A stretch of DNA of 47,791 bases from Octopus bimaculoides (lineage: Eukaryota): NCBI RefSeq assembly GCF_001194135.2, contig NC_068981.1:10381948-10429738 (forward strand), in the 5' to 3' direction. Within the stretch, counting starts at the first letter, position 1, and every line of letters starts with the position of its first letter. Positions 12,531 to 26,167 of this stretch are shown here, piece after piece. The notes beneath the pieces are model-generated. The model saw only the letters and a program-made list of their open reading frames with translations, was not told where the DNA came from and did no database searches. The position numbers were made by a program, and so were the translations under genes.

Positions 12531-13129
12531 TTAAATAACACAAGATCAAATTCCCATAAACTAAACGTTCAATTCGTGAGCAAGAGTCACCCTCGTTCTA
12601 TTCTAAAATTATCATAAATCAGAACACAGCATACGTCATAATTAACCAGAAAATCATTGATTGAATAATCTCCGCCCACGAAAAAAAAAATGGTATTTGT
12701 GTCTTCATTCACATGAACATGAAAAATATAAAATCGTGGACGTTGTGTGAATGTGTGTGTGTAAATTAAAAGAAATTGGACGTGAATAAATTTTTAAGAA
12801 ATTGGATGTAGTGGATCTCCGTCGTTCGACGACAAGGATTTAGTTTCTCGAGCAACTGAATGACCTGCCCCTGATTTAACATAGACGTGGTTGAGTATTC
12901 CTCAGCGACGGGTACGCTTAAAGTAATTTTCAGACAAAAGTCAGATTGATCAATTCTTATTCTGTTGGATTCTTTTTCTGAACTGCTAGTTAATAGGGAC
13001 GAAAACAAACCAACACCGAGTGCCAAGTTGCGGGTGGGAAGCAAGCACAAAGACACGCGCATACATACATTCAAGGATGTGTGCATGCGCGCGAGCGCGT
13101 ATGTGCGTGTGTGTATAAAAACATACATG

Positions 13130-16100
13130 ATGATGGCCGTCCACTCGTGACCGAGGAAGTCCATTTCTGACCATCAAGAACATTGTGNNNNNNNNNNNNN
13201 NNNNNNNNNNNNNNNNNNNNNNNNNNNNNNNNNNNNNNNNNNNNNNNNNNNNNNNNNNNNNNNNNNNNNNNNNNNNNNNNNNNNNNNNNNNNNNNNNNNN
13301 NNNNNNNNNNNNNNNNNNNNNNNNNNNNNNNNNNNNNNNNNNNNNNNNNNNNNNNNNNNNNNNNNNNNNNNNNNNNNNNNNNNNNNNNNNNNNNNNNNNN
13401 NNNNNNNNNNNNNNNNNNNNNNNNNNNNNNNNNNNNNNNNNNNNNNNNNNNNNNNNNNNNNNNNNNNNNNNNNNNNNNNNNNNNNNNNNNNNNNNNNNNN
13501 NNNNNNNNNNNNNNNNNNNNNNNNNNNNNNNNNNNNNNNNNNNNNNNNNNNNNNNNNNNNNNNNNNNNNNNNNNNNNNNNNNNNNNNNNNNNNNNNNNNN
13601 NNNNNNNNNNNNNNNNNNNNNNNNNNNNNNNNNNNNNNNNNNNNNNNNNNNNNNNNNNNNNNNNNNNNNNNNNNNNNNNNNNNNNNNNNNNNNNNNNNNN
13701 NNNNNNNNNNNNNNNNNNNNNNNNNNNNNNNNNNNNNNNNNNNNNNNNNNNNNNNNNNNNNNNNNNNNNNNNNNNNNNNNNNNNNNNNNNNNNNNNNNNN
13801 NNNNNNNNNNNNNNNNNNNNNNNNNNNNNNNNNNNNNNNNNNNNNNNNNNNNNNNNNNNNNNNNNNNNNNNNNNNTATTTCCTCATCCAGGGAGCAAGAA
13901 CGGCTGAGTGTGCTACCCAGGTAGAGAAACTTGTCTACTACCTTCAGAATTGTTCCTTCAACCAAGATAGCTGGTTTCACATATGGATTTCCTGGTGCAG
14001 GCTGGAACATTACAACAGTCTTGTCCAGGCTAATGCTGAGTCCAAATGCTTTGCAAGAAGCAGAAATACGATTCATATGTATTTGCATGTCATCCACTGT
14101 ATGAGTTACTAAGTCACAGTCATCTGCATAAAGGAGGTCACGAATAAGAGACTGGCAAACTTTTGAATTAGCAGCAAATCGGTGCAGATTAAAGAGGTGG
14201 CCAGAAGATCGATATCTGACATATATTCCCAGAGAGCCAAACTTTGCAAAAGCATGAGTAAAGGCAGCAGCAAAGTACAAAGAAAAGAGAGTTGGGGCAA
14301 GGATGTCACTCTGCTTGACATCATTCTCCACAGGAATGGATCCCGCCATGTCACCACCAACATTGACCCAGGCCTCCATCTTATCATGAAATGATTTAAT
14401 TATAGATATAAGGTGATCCGGACAACCAAGTTTGCCAAGTATTTTTCAAAGAAAAATACTTGCCGTGAAAATCATATCCATTGTCCTTCTACCAGATCGG
14501 AAGGCACATTGAGATTTAGATAGGATATCATTTACGAGACACCCATTCAGATGGGTAAGAAGAATATTTGCCAGAACCTTGCCAGCAGCTGATAATAGAG
14601 CAATACCTCTGTAGTTACCACACATTGTTCTGGCTCCTTTTCCTTTATATAGAGGAAGAATAATTGCATCCTTCCAGTCCTTAGGGATTGCACCATCCCT
14701 CCAGACTGCACTAATAAGTTCATGAAGGGATTGTGTGATGTAATTACCACCAAATCNNNNNNNNNNTTGAGATTTAGATAGGATATCATTTACGAGACAC
14801 CCATTCAGATGGGTAAGAAGAATATTTGCCAGAACCTTGCCAGCAGCTGATAATAGAGCAATACCTCTGTAGTTACCACACATTGTTCTGGCTCCTTTTC
14901 CTTTATATAGAGGAAGAATAATTGCATCCTTCCAGTCCTTAGGGATTGCACCATCCCTCCAGACTGCACTAATAAGTTCATGAAGGGACTGTGTGATGTA
15001 ATTACCACCAAATCGCAAGACCTCAGCACAAATTCCATCCTTTCCAGGTGCCCTACCAAGATTCAATTTACTTATTGATGTCATTACTTCATCTATTGAG
15101 GGCGAGGAGTCTAAGAAGCCAATGATAGGTCTTTGTTGCATAGTATCAATCACTGTTTCATCCACAACTGACTCATGGTTTAGGAGTTCAGAGAAGTGTT
15201 CGATCCAGCGACCTGTGATTTCTGTTGATTTAATAAATAGAGTGGAAGAGTCCTTGGAAAGCAAAGGACCTGATGTGGTGCTCTTAGGCCCATAAACTTG
15301 CTTTAGAAGATAGTAAAGCTTCTTGCTGTCATTTGCATCAGCAGCAGCCTGAACATCACGAACAAGATCCTCCCACCAAGTGGTCTGCATCTTCCTGAGA
15401 GACCGCCGCAGTAGTGATTTTACACAGCTACAGTGGGCAAGTGCTAGATTTCGCTGCACAGCAGAAAGTCCTCTGTGTAGAAATACATTGTGGGCATGGC
15501 GCTTTACAACCAATAGTCGCTGAATTTCAGCATCATTTTCATCAAGCCAGTCTCTGTGTTTGACAGTAGCATATCCCAGTGTTTCAGCAACACATTGAAG
15601 AACCTGGTCTCGAAAATCTTCCCATGCTGTAGTATTTTCAATGTTGGACAAGCGAGTCTGAAGCTCTCTCCTCGACACAACATCATATATCTTGTGGACA
15701 TTCAGACGCCGAGGAATGCTGACTGGTCCTCTTCTCACTTTCACTCTAATCATCATTCGGAACTTTGCTCGCACCAGACTGTGGTCTGTCCAGTATTCCG
15801 ATCTATGAAAGGACTTGACATTACAAATGTCATAGATGTCACGCTTGCAGTTGATGACATAATCCAGCAAGGGCCAAAACTTAGACCTTGGATGCATCCA
15901 CGTTGTTGTGTGATCCCCTTTGTGCATAAAATGAGCGCTTGCGATGTAAAGTCCATGTTCATCGCAAAGCTCCAGCAGCATGAGACCATTGCTATTCATT
16001 TTCCCTACACCAAAACGTCCTAGAGAGTTCCATGTTTGCTGGTCTGTTGCAACCCTGGCATTGAAATCCCCCAGTAGAATGACTTTATCAGAATTGGAGA

Positions 16101-16870
16101 TTTTCCTAAGTATGGCTCTCAGCTGAGTATAAAAAATAGTTTTATCTCCAACAGNNNNNNNNNNTCCTAAGTATGGCTCTCAGCTGAGTATAAAAAATAG
16201 TTTTATCTCCAACAGAGATAGTCAAAGTAGGTGCTTAGGCACTTAGAGAAGCAAACCGCTCACCTTTCAGGTGCGTCCGCAGTGTCATTAGACATTCATT
16301 TATAGGAGCAGGAAGCTCCTCCAACTTCTTAAGGATATCAGATCGAACTGCAAAGCCAACACCAGCCTCTCTGCACTCCCCTTTCTGCCTCTCCTTTCTA
16401 AAAAAAGGTGTATCCACCTCCTACTTCCTCAAGCTGACCACCGCCTTCTATACGAGTCTCTGAAAGTGCAGCTATGTCAATGTTATAACGGTTCAGCTCG
16501 CGAGCAGCAAGTGCAGTACGTCTTTCAGGCCTACAATCACTTTTGTTATCCAACAGAATGCATACATTTCAACATGAAATGTTCAATTCCATCCAGATTT
16601 TGTAAATAAAAGTCTGATTTTCGAGCGCAGGGTGGACATCCGTCTGTCGCGCTAAACTGACCAGATATAGAAAGACAGGCAATTTTTGGTTCACCTTTTC
16701 TAGAACCTCCCTGGCCTCCGGATGAGCAGTGCCCTTTCCAAATGGAGCTGCTCAGACACCCATGCAGCAATCGAATCCTACTGCTGTCTTGGACGACAAG
16801 GAGACGACTTTATATCTAGCATGGGCCGCCAACGTGCAGGTCGCTGACTATATGCTTCCAACCCGTCAGG
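13130..16870 (-). mobile_element. RTE-clade LINE, near full length (APE endonuclease + RT), disrupted; 5' UTR may extend to ~17545
   Basis: EN motifs PERRTALAARELNRYNIDIAALSETR, EAGVGFAV, LDYVI, TDHSLV; RT motifs NYRGIALLS, QCAFRSGR, DLLYADD, VDKFLYLGS; 3' end ...ggacggccatcatcat at 13130-13150. Gap at 13188-13875. Confidence 0.93.
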
Positions 16871-17544
16871 TCTGCATGCTTCACGACCTTCCCATCGCCG
16901 CAGGACTTCCTAATAAAAATAAAATAGAATATATACTAAAAATATATAAATATATATTAAAAATAAAGATGCATATATACTAAAAATAAATATATGAGGG
17001 CACATATCGAGCAGAGGTCAGCAATGCCTGTGCAGAGTTTTAGGTCCAATAAGGCCTGCACACCTCATAGACCCTCTCCACTTTATTGACATTAACCAGA
17101 GACAAGCCAGAGAAAGATGTCTGGTGTTAATATGAGTCGCAGGCTAAGGGATGTGAGAGCGCCATGATCTCTAGCACAAACCAAAGATCCCCCAAAATGT
17201 CCAGTGCCATTCCCTGCATATCTGGTTTTATATCAGAGTGATCTTCTAGAGACTTGCTTCAACAGAAGCTGAGGGGTGCCTCACCCCCAGTGACCTTTCA
17301 GCACGCCGAACACCATCCCGAAATTTCTGCATACCCGTGCTATTACTAGATAGCCGTTGAGCCTGCACTAGGTTCATCCGACCTTTCAACAGGTCTTGTT
17401 TTTAATCCTGCTGGGTTTCTAGCAACCCTCCTCACCAGTATAGCCTGGTAGGGTGCCAGTTTAGTCGTCAGCAACCCGACCATGCAACAGATTGTACTGG
17501 ATTCCATGTTACCAATAGCACTTATGAGAGCCTCATAAGTGACC

Positions 17545-17715
17545 TGACATACACACACACATATACACACACACATACATACACACACATGCATACACAC
17601 ACATACATACACACACACACATATGTATATGTATATATATATGTATATATGTATATATATGTATATATATATGTGTCTGTGTGTGTCTGTGTGTCTGTGT
17701 GTCTGTGTGCGTGTG

Positions 17716-17750
<35 letters not shown>

Positions 17751-17752
17751 TA
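17545..17752. repeat. Compound CA/TA/GT microsatellite
   Basis: Direct reading. Other microsatellites at ~9845-9922, 21468-21515 (AAT), 29178-29275, 32660-32692, 33154-33189, 36597-36663, 40735-41400 and 45225-45282. Confidence 0.95.
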
Positions 17753-18587
17753 ATAGTTATCATCAAGCTAACATGGCAGTCCAGGAAAATAGGACGAATG
17801 CTGCCGNNNNNNNNNNNNNNNNNNNNNNNNNNNNNNNNNNNNNNNNNNNNNNNNNNNNNNNNNNNNNNNNNNNNNNNNNNNNNNNNNNNNNNNNNNNNNN
17901 NNNNNNNNNNNNNNNNNNNNNNNNNNNNNNNNNNNNNNNNNNNNNNNNNNNNNNNNNNNNNNNNNNNNNNNNNNNNNNNNNNNNNNNNNNNNNNNNNNNN
18001 NNNNNNNNNNNNNNNNNNNNNNNNNNNNNNNNNNNNNNNNNNNNNNNNNNNNNNNNNNNNNNNNNNNNNNNNNNNNNNNNNNNNNNNNNNNNNNNNNNNN
18101 NNNNNNNNNNNNNNNNNNNNNNNNNNNNNNNNNNNNNNNNNNNNNNNNNNNNNNNNNNNNNNNNNNNNNNNNNNNNNNNNNNNNNNNNNNNNNNNNNNNN
18201 NNNNNNNNNNNNNNNNNNNNNNNNNNNNNNNNNNNNNNNNNNNNNNNNNNNNNNNNNNNNNNNNNNNNNNNNNNNNNNNNNNNNNNNNNNNNNNNCAGAA
18301 AAAAAAAAAACAAGAAAGCGGATGAAATTTGCAAGAAAATATGCGCAATGTACTGGGAGGATGCTGTTGCAAAACAAGCGTACTAGGAGTGATTTTGAAG
18401 ATTTTTCCGCTGAAATTTTTCCTCGGAAAATGCACCTCGCTCTGGAACTGAGATTAGCAGCGACAAAATGAAGGGGTTAGTCATCACCAATCCCCCATTA
18501 TAGGACCAGAATGATCGCAAATCTTCTCCAAATATCCAAATATAGTGATGAAATGCCATCAGCATCAACTTGATTACATCAGCAAGC

Positions 18588-18986
18588 TCACATCAATTGA
18601 GTGAGGCTAACCTCGCCCGAGCGATTTCCATCTGTGATTCGTTACAAAAACGTGAGGTAAGCGTTGCTTTTTAGAAGAGATTGGTGACGAAACGAAAACT
18701 GAATCGTCTATAACAATGTAAAGCGCAAACGACCATGATGAAGCGCCGGGAACCACCACAAACAACCTTCAAAGCAGTACTTTAACTGAAGAAGGTTATG
18801 CTTTCAATTTGCTGTGATTGGAAGAGTGTTGTCTTTTACGAGTAACAATGGATATGCCCACAAGATAGCAAAAGAAACTAGAACGAAATGGAAATTATAT
18901 CATTAATTGAATAAATCGGTTGGTTTAAAACTTGTGTCTTACTTTCGCTTCAAAAAGGCCAAACGGACTTTTTAGCCAACCTGATA
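18588..18986 (+). mobile_element. Mariner transposon remnant (internal deletion, 3' TIR)
   Basis: HQLSEANLARAISICDSLQKR...KRLVT...IVYNNVKRKR...KKVMLSICCDWKSVVFYE matches mariner WVPHEL...ISICDSLLKR...GDEKWIVYNN...KKVMLSIWWD; ends ctttttagccaacctgata (mariner-like TIR). Confidence 0.85.
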
Positions 18987-19355
18987 TACAAACAAAAATT
19001 ATTATGTATTATCTACGTGTGTGTGTGTGTGTGTCTGTGTGTGTGTACGACATGCTTCCATTTTTCGCCGTTCAAATTCACTCAGAGGCATTGGTAGGCC
19101 TATGATTACAGGAGAACGAAATTTCGACTAAACCATTCAGGACGGCGTTCCAACATGGCTCCACTCAAAAAATTGATTGAAGTAAAATAAAAGAAACAAA
19201 CAAGCCGTGACACATCTAGAAAACGTATCTCAAAGACAAAGTGATACGTTATAAATAAAGACAGCTGAAGCCCATTCTATTTAATATTTAAATCAGGGAT
19301 TGGATAACATATAAATAGGATAACATACGTAAACAGAATAACAACCGTATATTGC

Positions 19356-19413
19356 TCCAAATGCAGTAAAACTCAATCCAAATGCAGTAAAACTCAATCC
19401 AAATGCAATAAAA
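19356..19413. repeat. 21-bp tandem repeat, ~2.7 copies
   Basis: Unit tccaaatgcagtaaaactcaa. Confidence 0.85.
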
Positions 19414-19774
19414 GTCCTAAAACTTCTGAGTATTACCAGTATGCTAGGTTTTTTCTTTTTTAATTAACCTTTACACAATTTTATTGTCGGCAGAGCAAAA
19501 CTATATTTTGTACTCAATTTTATGACAAGTGAAGTATGAAAATTTTGAGAAACATTTTGCTTTATTGAAAACAAGTGAATCAGCAAAATTTATGTTATAT
19601 AACAATAAATAACAAATAAAACTATTAAAATATATAGCGTCAGTATCATTCTTGTTTCTATTCAGAAAATGAAAAGGTTTTTTTTTTCTGCTTTTACATT
19701 GTAAATGTTTTTAAAGACCAGAATCACCTAACCATCAAGTAATACGAGATATTTTTTTTTCGAAGTATTCATAC

Positions 19775-20168
19775 AGGCACACGTGTGGCTATGTGGTTAA
19801 GAAGCTCGCTTTACAACTATGTGATTTGGGGCTCAGTCCTACTGCGTGGCACCTTAAGCAAATGCCTTCTATTCAGACCAATCAACCTACAGATTTCTGA
19901 GTGAGATCGGTTAACGAAAATTGTGAGGAAGCCCGTTATATATGCGAATGTATGCGTCACTGTGTTTGTCCACCACCACAGCTTAACAATAGGTGTTGGT
20001 GTATCTACGTCCCCGTAACTTAGCGGTTCGGCAAAAAAAAAACAATAGAATAAGTACCAGATTTCAAAAATAAATTGAATATTGGGGTCAATTTGTTCGA
20101 CTAAAACCCTTCAAGACGATGCCCCCAGAATGGCCGTAGCCCAATGACTGAAACAAGTAAAAGATAAA
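19775..20168 (+). mobile_element. Family C/D SINE, full length
   Basis: Head gtggctatgtggttaagaagctcgc...ggcaccttaagcaaatg; tail gtccccgtaacttagcggttcggcaaa...gactgaaacaagtaaaag. Confidence 0.85.
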
Positions 20169-20214
20169 AATAAATATAGTTCTATATTTAAGGGATGAGG
20201 AATTATGTACACTA

Positions 20215-20292
20215 TTTACATTATTTACATTTGACGGATATTTGTCCTCATCAAGATGAGGACAAATATCCGTCAAATGTAAATAATGTAAA
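20215..20292. repeat. Perfect palindrome: 38-bp arms, 2-nt spacer
   Basis: tttacattatttacatttgacggatatttgtcctcatc-aa-gatgaggacaaatatccgtcaaatgtaaataatgtaaa. Confidence 0.95.
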
Positions 20293-20584
20293 GATAAATA
20301 TCTTGTTTTGCTTTTTTTTTTTTCTTTTTTTTTAGTGAGGTTGTTTGTTTGTTTTCCTTTAAGAATGTTCATGAAACTTACACTCATGATGAGTTAATAA
20401 TTCATGATGTTACAAAAGGCAATTCATAAAAGCTAACGTTGACAATTCATATTTAAATCCTTTTTGAAATCAAGTTAGAAAACTAGAAATCTTCAAAAAT
20501 AATATTCTAAACGCTTACTTAATTCAATCATAACGACACGTTACCAGAAACTACCTTCCTGTGTTAACATATGAAATTCTTAGA

Positions 20585-20623
<39 letters not shown>

Positions 20624-21470
20624 GAGTTGCTAGTTATCTCACCCACAGGAACACAAGAGTAATTTTTAATTATGATAAAAGTGAAATTACATATCTTCTC
20701 CTGGGTCTCCTGTACGGCGTTCCAGTTTCGCCCACTTTATTTTTATTGTATACAACAGAACTGTTTGATTCTTTAAAAGAAATCGAGAAATTGTCGCATT
20801 CTGATGATGATCTCAATTTGCACACTTCGTTTGATATTATTGATAGCAACAGAAATAAGCGAGATACAGTTCAATATAGTCGAAGTTTGATCCAGCCAAA
20901 ACACCATTAATTCACTTCTATAATTCAAAGATTATCAATTATCAGCGTGATGAAATATTTTTAATGAATCAATTATGAATGTCGTAAGAGAAGCTATTAA
21001 AATTCTCGATATTTGATTACAATCATATTTGAAGTGTGAATCTCATCTAAAATATTCGTTGAAAATAATTACCTCATCATGGCACGCTATTGAAGCTAAT
21101 TTCTGTATCAAATAAACAACCACTCCTTAACATATAAACATTTGAGATTGAATAACAAAGGTGTTATCATTGCTCAGTTTTTATATGATAGCTTGGCATA
21201 AGGAGATACAAGCACGGTCTGCCGTCAATTTATGGAAACAATTCTGCATACAAATAGGGACAAATATTAGGTTATTTAAGGTTTAAAACTAAAATAGTTA
21301 CATGTGGTGTGCCCTGGCGGCAATTTATTGTAAGGGAGATAATTATTTCTAGCTCGATCATGCATAGATTAAAAGTTTGAATTTTAAACCGAAGATCTGT
21401 GGAATTCCATTTTTTTTTTTCTCTTAAAAAATTTATCGACCCAGAAAGGATGAAAGGCAAAGTCGACCTC

Positions 21471-21516
<46 letters not shown>

Positions 21517-22003
21517 GTTTCAAATTTTGCCACAAAGGCAGCAGTTTTGGGAAAGGGAATGAGTCGATTACATCGGTTCCCAGTGTTCAACTTGTACTTA
21601 TTTTGAAAGAATTATTTATAAAACTAGGTTTTAAGCATCAAATGGCGATGAAGTGATCCACCAGAATAATATAGTAATAAATAGGGTCCACAGATGAAAA
21701 AATGATTGAGTACCCCTGGGCTAGATCATATCTGTTAGTGATTGAACATCAGTCAGTTGAGTGACCCTTCTATAGATGCAACCCAGGATGTCTGCATATG
21801 CATAGTAGTTGCACAGTCCTTGATTTGGGATCAGTACATCACTGTGGGCCTCTCTTGGAACTTTGGAGAGTGTCAAAAATTGTTGAACACTGAAATAATG
21901 TCTGGCCTTCAAGAGGTCCTTGCTATATAAAAAGATCTGAGTTATGTTAAGATCCTAGCCATGTTCTAACAGCAGTCTTTGCAATGACACAGATGCCAAA
22001 CTA

Positions 22004-22134
22004 CAGGGGTGGGCAAAAGTAGATACACAGTTGCTTAATATGAGTGGAATGTTATTTTCATTTCTTTATTTCCTTTGTACTAAAGCTATTTCGCTCATAT
22101 TAAGCAACTGTATATCTACTTTTGCTTTGACCTG
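22004..22134. mobile_element. Tc1/mariner-type MITE
   Basis: TA|CAGGGG start; TIR core gcaaaagtagatacacagttgcttaatatgag mirrored with one mismatch. Confidence 0.8.
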
Positions 22135-24164
22135 CATATTGGCCTTGCTTTCTTTGATAACACACTGGTGATGTGAAAGGATACACTTGCATTCAAGGGT
22201 AACAATCAGCCCCTTCGGTCACTTTGTTCAATGTATTGGACAATTTTTCAGCATAAATTACAACAGAAATATAAATTATTATTGAGTCGCAGTTACCAAT
22301 TAATTGGACACCTCTAAAGTGCATACATAACCAAGACCACGTGATTCTGACTCAGTGTTTGCTCACAAGTCTTTGAAAATGGCTGCGTCTTCTCATAAAT
22401 CTCACAGATCTAAGTAAACTGGTATTTATTTATCCATGCCAAAAATTATGCGTATTGAATATTGAATTCTTTAAAAATTTACTTAGTATGTGTTATCTAC
22501 CTGTATTTTGGTATAAATAAAAAAATTAAAATTATAAAATAGTTTTTTTTTTTTAATCTGTGACTGAATGGTTAATCTTCCACAAAAACATAATCTTTCT
22601 CAGGTCTGCACTTTGGAGGTAAATTTTCTGAGTGCAGTAGTACCGATACTCAGACAATCAATGACAAATAAAAAGGTGTAATGAAATATATTTTTGAAAT
22701 GGTGGAACGATGAAGGTGTCAAGATATCGAGATAGGAGCATTGCAAGTTCGTAACCAGGTCTAGGTGTTCTGTGGAGTTTCCAAACAAAATATCCCATTA
22801 TCTTTTGGAAAAATTACTTGTCAAGAGAAAAGAGAGAATAGTCAAGACTGAAATGCCTTAGATTATGTCTGCTCAATCAGAGCTGATCTGGGGTTAAACA
22901 GCAACAGAACTAAATTATGGTCATTAAAAGCAGATATAATCCAAGAACATTACTTTTATAAACTATTATACAAAGAATGTATGCGTTATTCTTACTCTGG
23001 GCTTAATACCTTCAGGATAAATGCTGTTCTTAGTTCCGGTTCAAATTGTCCATGTTTTGCCTCCTGAACTGTCAGTCTAATTATCTTTCAGAACTTTAGT
23101 ATCAATGTTGCTGTGAGGGAAAAGATTTTCTTCCTTGATGTGGTTAGTGCAAAAGTCATTTGGTCCAAAAACCGAAGAGCAATTTTGTTGGGAACAAATG
23201 CAGTCGATCGAATTCGATCCCAGAATATAACTAGAAATGATTTTAAATCATCCTGGAGATATGTAAAGCAAAATATTTCCTTCTTTTAAACATATTACTC
23301 AGAATATGCGAAATAACTCTCCTCTGTGTAATTTAGTCCAACATACTTTCACGAAGCATATAATTAACAACAGATTTTAAGAAATATTGGAGGTTTGCCA
23401 TAGTTTGGAAGGTTTTGTTTTTGGTTTTTTTTCCACTTATTGAGTGTGGAGAAAGAGAGAGTGTCCATGATTTTGTAAGACCTCTAAGAACAATGAGACT
23501 GGCACTGATAATGCTCTGTTTAAATTGTGGTGGTAACTGCAAGCATAAACTGGGTGTTGAGAACATCGGCCCTATGGGCTCTCTGGAAATTCCGTCCGAT
23601 CCAAGACTTTCTCGAATGTGCTGGCTTATAAAGATTCAAGAAGAGCATTGATGGCATCAGTCTCACTGGTCTTGGAGGGTTTGTGTAAACCATGGGTATT
23701 CTTTCTCTAGACCCAGAAAGTAAAAACAACAAATGAAAGTAGTAATATCAGCATTTAATGACAACCCACACATCTCAAGACATAGAAACAACTTCAAGTA
23801 ATGTAATCAGATTCAAGAAGACAGCATGAAGAATCTTATCAAGCATTTCTTTCAAAAACTAAACACCAAATACCACAGAGATAAGACAGAAACACAACAC
23901 CAAATTTAACATGAAAATGCCTCACCAAATCACATAGGAATTCAAATTAATATACTCAACCACTACACCACCTAATACAAAAGAAATGCATGACAGCTTC
24001 AACAAACAAACAAAAAAGCAGTTGAAGCATTCTTAATGTCATTGAAATCAACAAAGCTTTCAACTATGTTCCCTGACAATCACCTGCATACTAAATGCTC
24101 AACATCTTCATAAGAACTAACACAAAATTCTGGCTATCAAACGATCTTTCAGCTCAACAAATTT

Positions 24165-24460
24165 ATCATCATCATCATCATCATCATCATCGTTTAACGT
24201 TCGCTTTCCATGCTAGCATGGGTTGGACGATTTGACTGAGGACTGGCATACCAGATGGCTGCACCAGGCTCCAATTTGATCTGGCAGAGTTTCTACAGTT
24301 GGATGCCCTTCCTAACGCCAACAACTCTGAGAGTATAGTGGGTGCTTTTACGTGCCACCGGCACGAGGGCCAGTCAGGCAGTACTGGCAACAGCCATGCT
24401 CAAGTGGTCTTTTTTACGTGCTACCTGCACAGGAGCCAGTCCAGCTGCACTGGCAACGAC
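24165..24460 (-). mobile_element. RTE 3'-end fragment
   Basis: (CAT)n followed by cgtttaacgttcgctttccatgctagcatggg...gatgcccttcctaacgccaac; reverse complement of ~32330-32550. Confidence 0.82.
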
Positions 24461-24574
24461 TTCACTATACTGTATAAAAAGAAAACATATGCTGAATTTT
24501 CAATTTCGCAAATAGAACACCACAAGAATATTTTCACCCCCACTTTTTAACTCTGTGCCTAGATAACCATCACA

Positions 24575-24925
24575 TGTGTTAAGGGCAACAATACTTGCCA
24601 CACCACAATTATCTAAATTAAGATAGAAGTATTCATTTATTACATGCAGAAGTTCATCAGGGCAGCATGGCGTACGAAAACCACACTGCTTGTCAGAAAA
24701 CAAACCAAATGATTCAGGATACAAGACAAAAACATGATCGATCAAGAACTTAAAGACCTTATAGATAATAGAGAGAGGATTCATTGGTTGATGGTTATGA
24801 AGATTAGAACGTTCATCCGAGTCTTTGAAATCATGAATAACAGGTAGGATGAGTTTGATCAGAACTGAAGTAAGTTCAGAACACTCTGGATTATCGTCAG
24901 AACCAATTGTTGTAGCAGGAAATTA
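24575..24925 (-). pseudogene. Degenerate CR1/L2/Jockey-group RT fragment
   Basis: ELTSVLIKL-ILPVIHDFKDSDERS-NHQPMNPLSIIYKVFKFLI-GLFSDKQCGFR-LNLDNCGVASIVALN follows RT domains 0-3 (RPISLLxxISKVFE, LFSDxQYGFR, ARAIALD). Confidence 0.72.
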
Positions 24926-25070
24926 CTTATGTCACCACAAATTAAGAAGTTATACTCAAGTTAAAGTAACATCATATATTTCGATGAAACAAAGCTAGAG
25001 TTAATGGAAAACAACTAAGTAAACAATTTTGCTTTGTCTTTAGATAGGATGATGTCTATATTACAATATT

Positions 25071-25290
25071 TATTTCTTTATTGCCCACAGGGGGCTAAAC
25101 ATAGAGGGAACAAACAAGGACGGACAAAGGGATTAAGTCGATTACATCGACCCAGTACGTATTTAATCGACCCCCGAAAGGATGAAAAGCAAAGTCGACC
25201 TCGGCGGAATTTGAACTCAGAACGTAAAGACGGACGAAATACCGCTAAGCATTTCGCCCGGCATGCTAACGATTCTGCCAGCTCGTCGCC
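25071..25290 (-). mobile_element. SINE family B with 15-bp TSD
   Basis: TSD ctatattacaatatt at 25056-25070 and 25291-25305. Confidence 0.92.
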
Positions 25291-26167
25291 CTATATTACA
25301 ATATTGCAATAACCAATAAGATGTTGTGCATGTATAGTAATGTTACAATCATGAAATTAGCATTAGCTTGTCTCACTCTTTCTCGTGGAACCCCTAGGAG
25401 CCTTTTGCGGAAGCCTAGGATTCTGGGGAACCCCAGTTGAGAAACGCTGAGTTAAGTGGATATAATAAAGCTGGATCAATGATCTATACATTGAACCTCG
25501 TCATTTGATCCTCTGTCGATCTGTCATAAACTAAGTCAATGGATCAGTGCTTTGAGTCACATCGGTTGATCAACAAACTATCAGTAATCAATCATGGTTG
25601 AGTCAAAGTTCAATAACAATAACAGCATGAACATCATCATCATCAACAACAACAACACACATGTATCATTAAAAATAATATTTAGGCTTTATTAGTTATT
25701 ATTTTCAACAAATTCTATTAAAATGATTGATAGGATCTTTTCAAAAAAGTAAATCTAAGTTTTTATTTTGTCTCTTCTTTTTCCTTTGGGAGAAGGGAAT
25801 CTGTATTCTTTAATTTTTCTTTTCGTGTTTCTTTCTCTGGGTCCATTTTTGCTTGCTTGCTTTTTTTTTTTCCCATAATTTAAACCATTTCAATTATTGT
25901 TAATTGGAGAAAATGAATAAGTGTTAATTAATCCAGGCTTATTAACAGTCATATAAATACAAGTTATTTCTCCTAAGTAAAATATTAATCATATAAATTA
26001 TGAAGAATAAAAATAACAACAACAAAAATTGAAAATGAAAATGTTACAAAAGGTTTTTTACATAATTAATAATAATTAATTAAAGAAAATTAGTAAAACC
26101 CTAAACGAAAAATATGCAACCATTCTAATATGTTTGATATCAGCACAGCTGTAAGACATTGCATATG

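Noticed and set aside
14509-15014. 248-bp direct duplication in the RTE RT region (14509-14756 vs 14767-15014)
   Set aside because: Copies flank a 10-N gap and differ at one site; typical uncollapsed contig overlap or haplotype artefact.
16104-16215. 51-bp direct duplication in the RTE endonuclease region
   Set aside because: Identical copies on each side of a 10-N gap; assembly overlap.
23520-23732. 70-aa minus-strand ORF as the terminal UCK exon
   Set aside because: No UCK-like C-terminal motif in any frame from the candidate acceptors; unsupported without transcripts.
23990-24080. IEINKAFNYVP as an RT domain-3 remnant
   Set aside because: A single short motif with no other supportable RT blocks; too weak to list as a feature.
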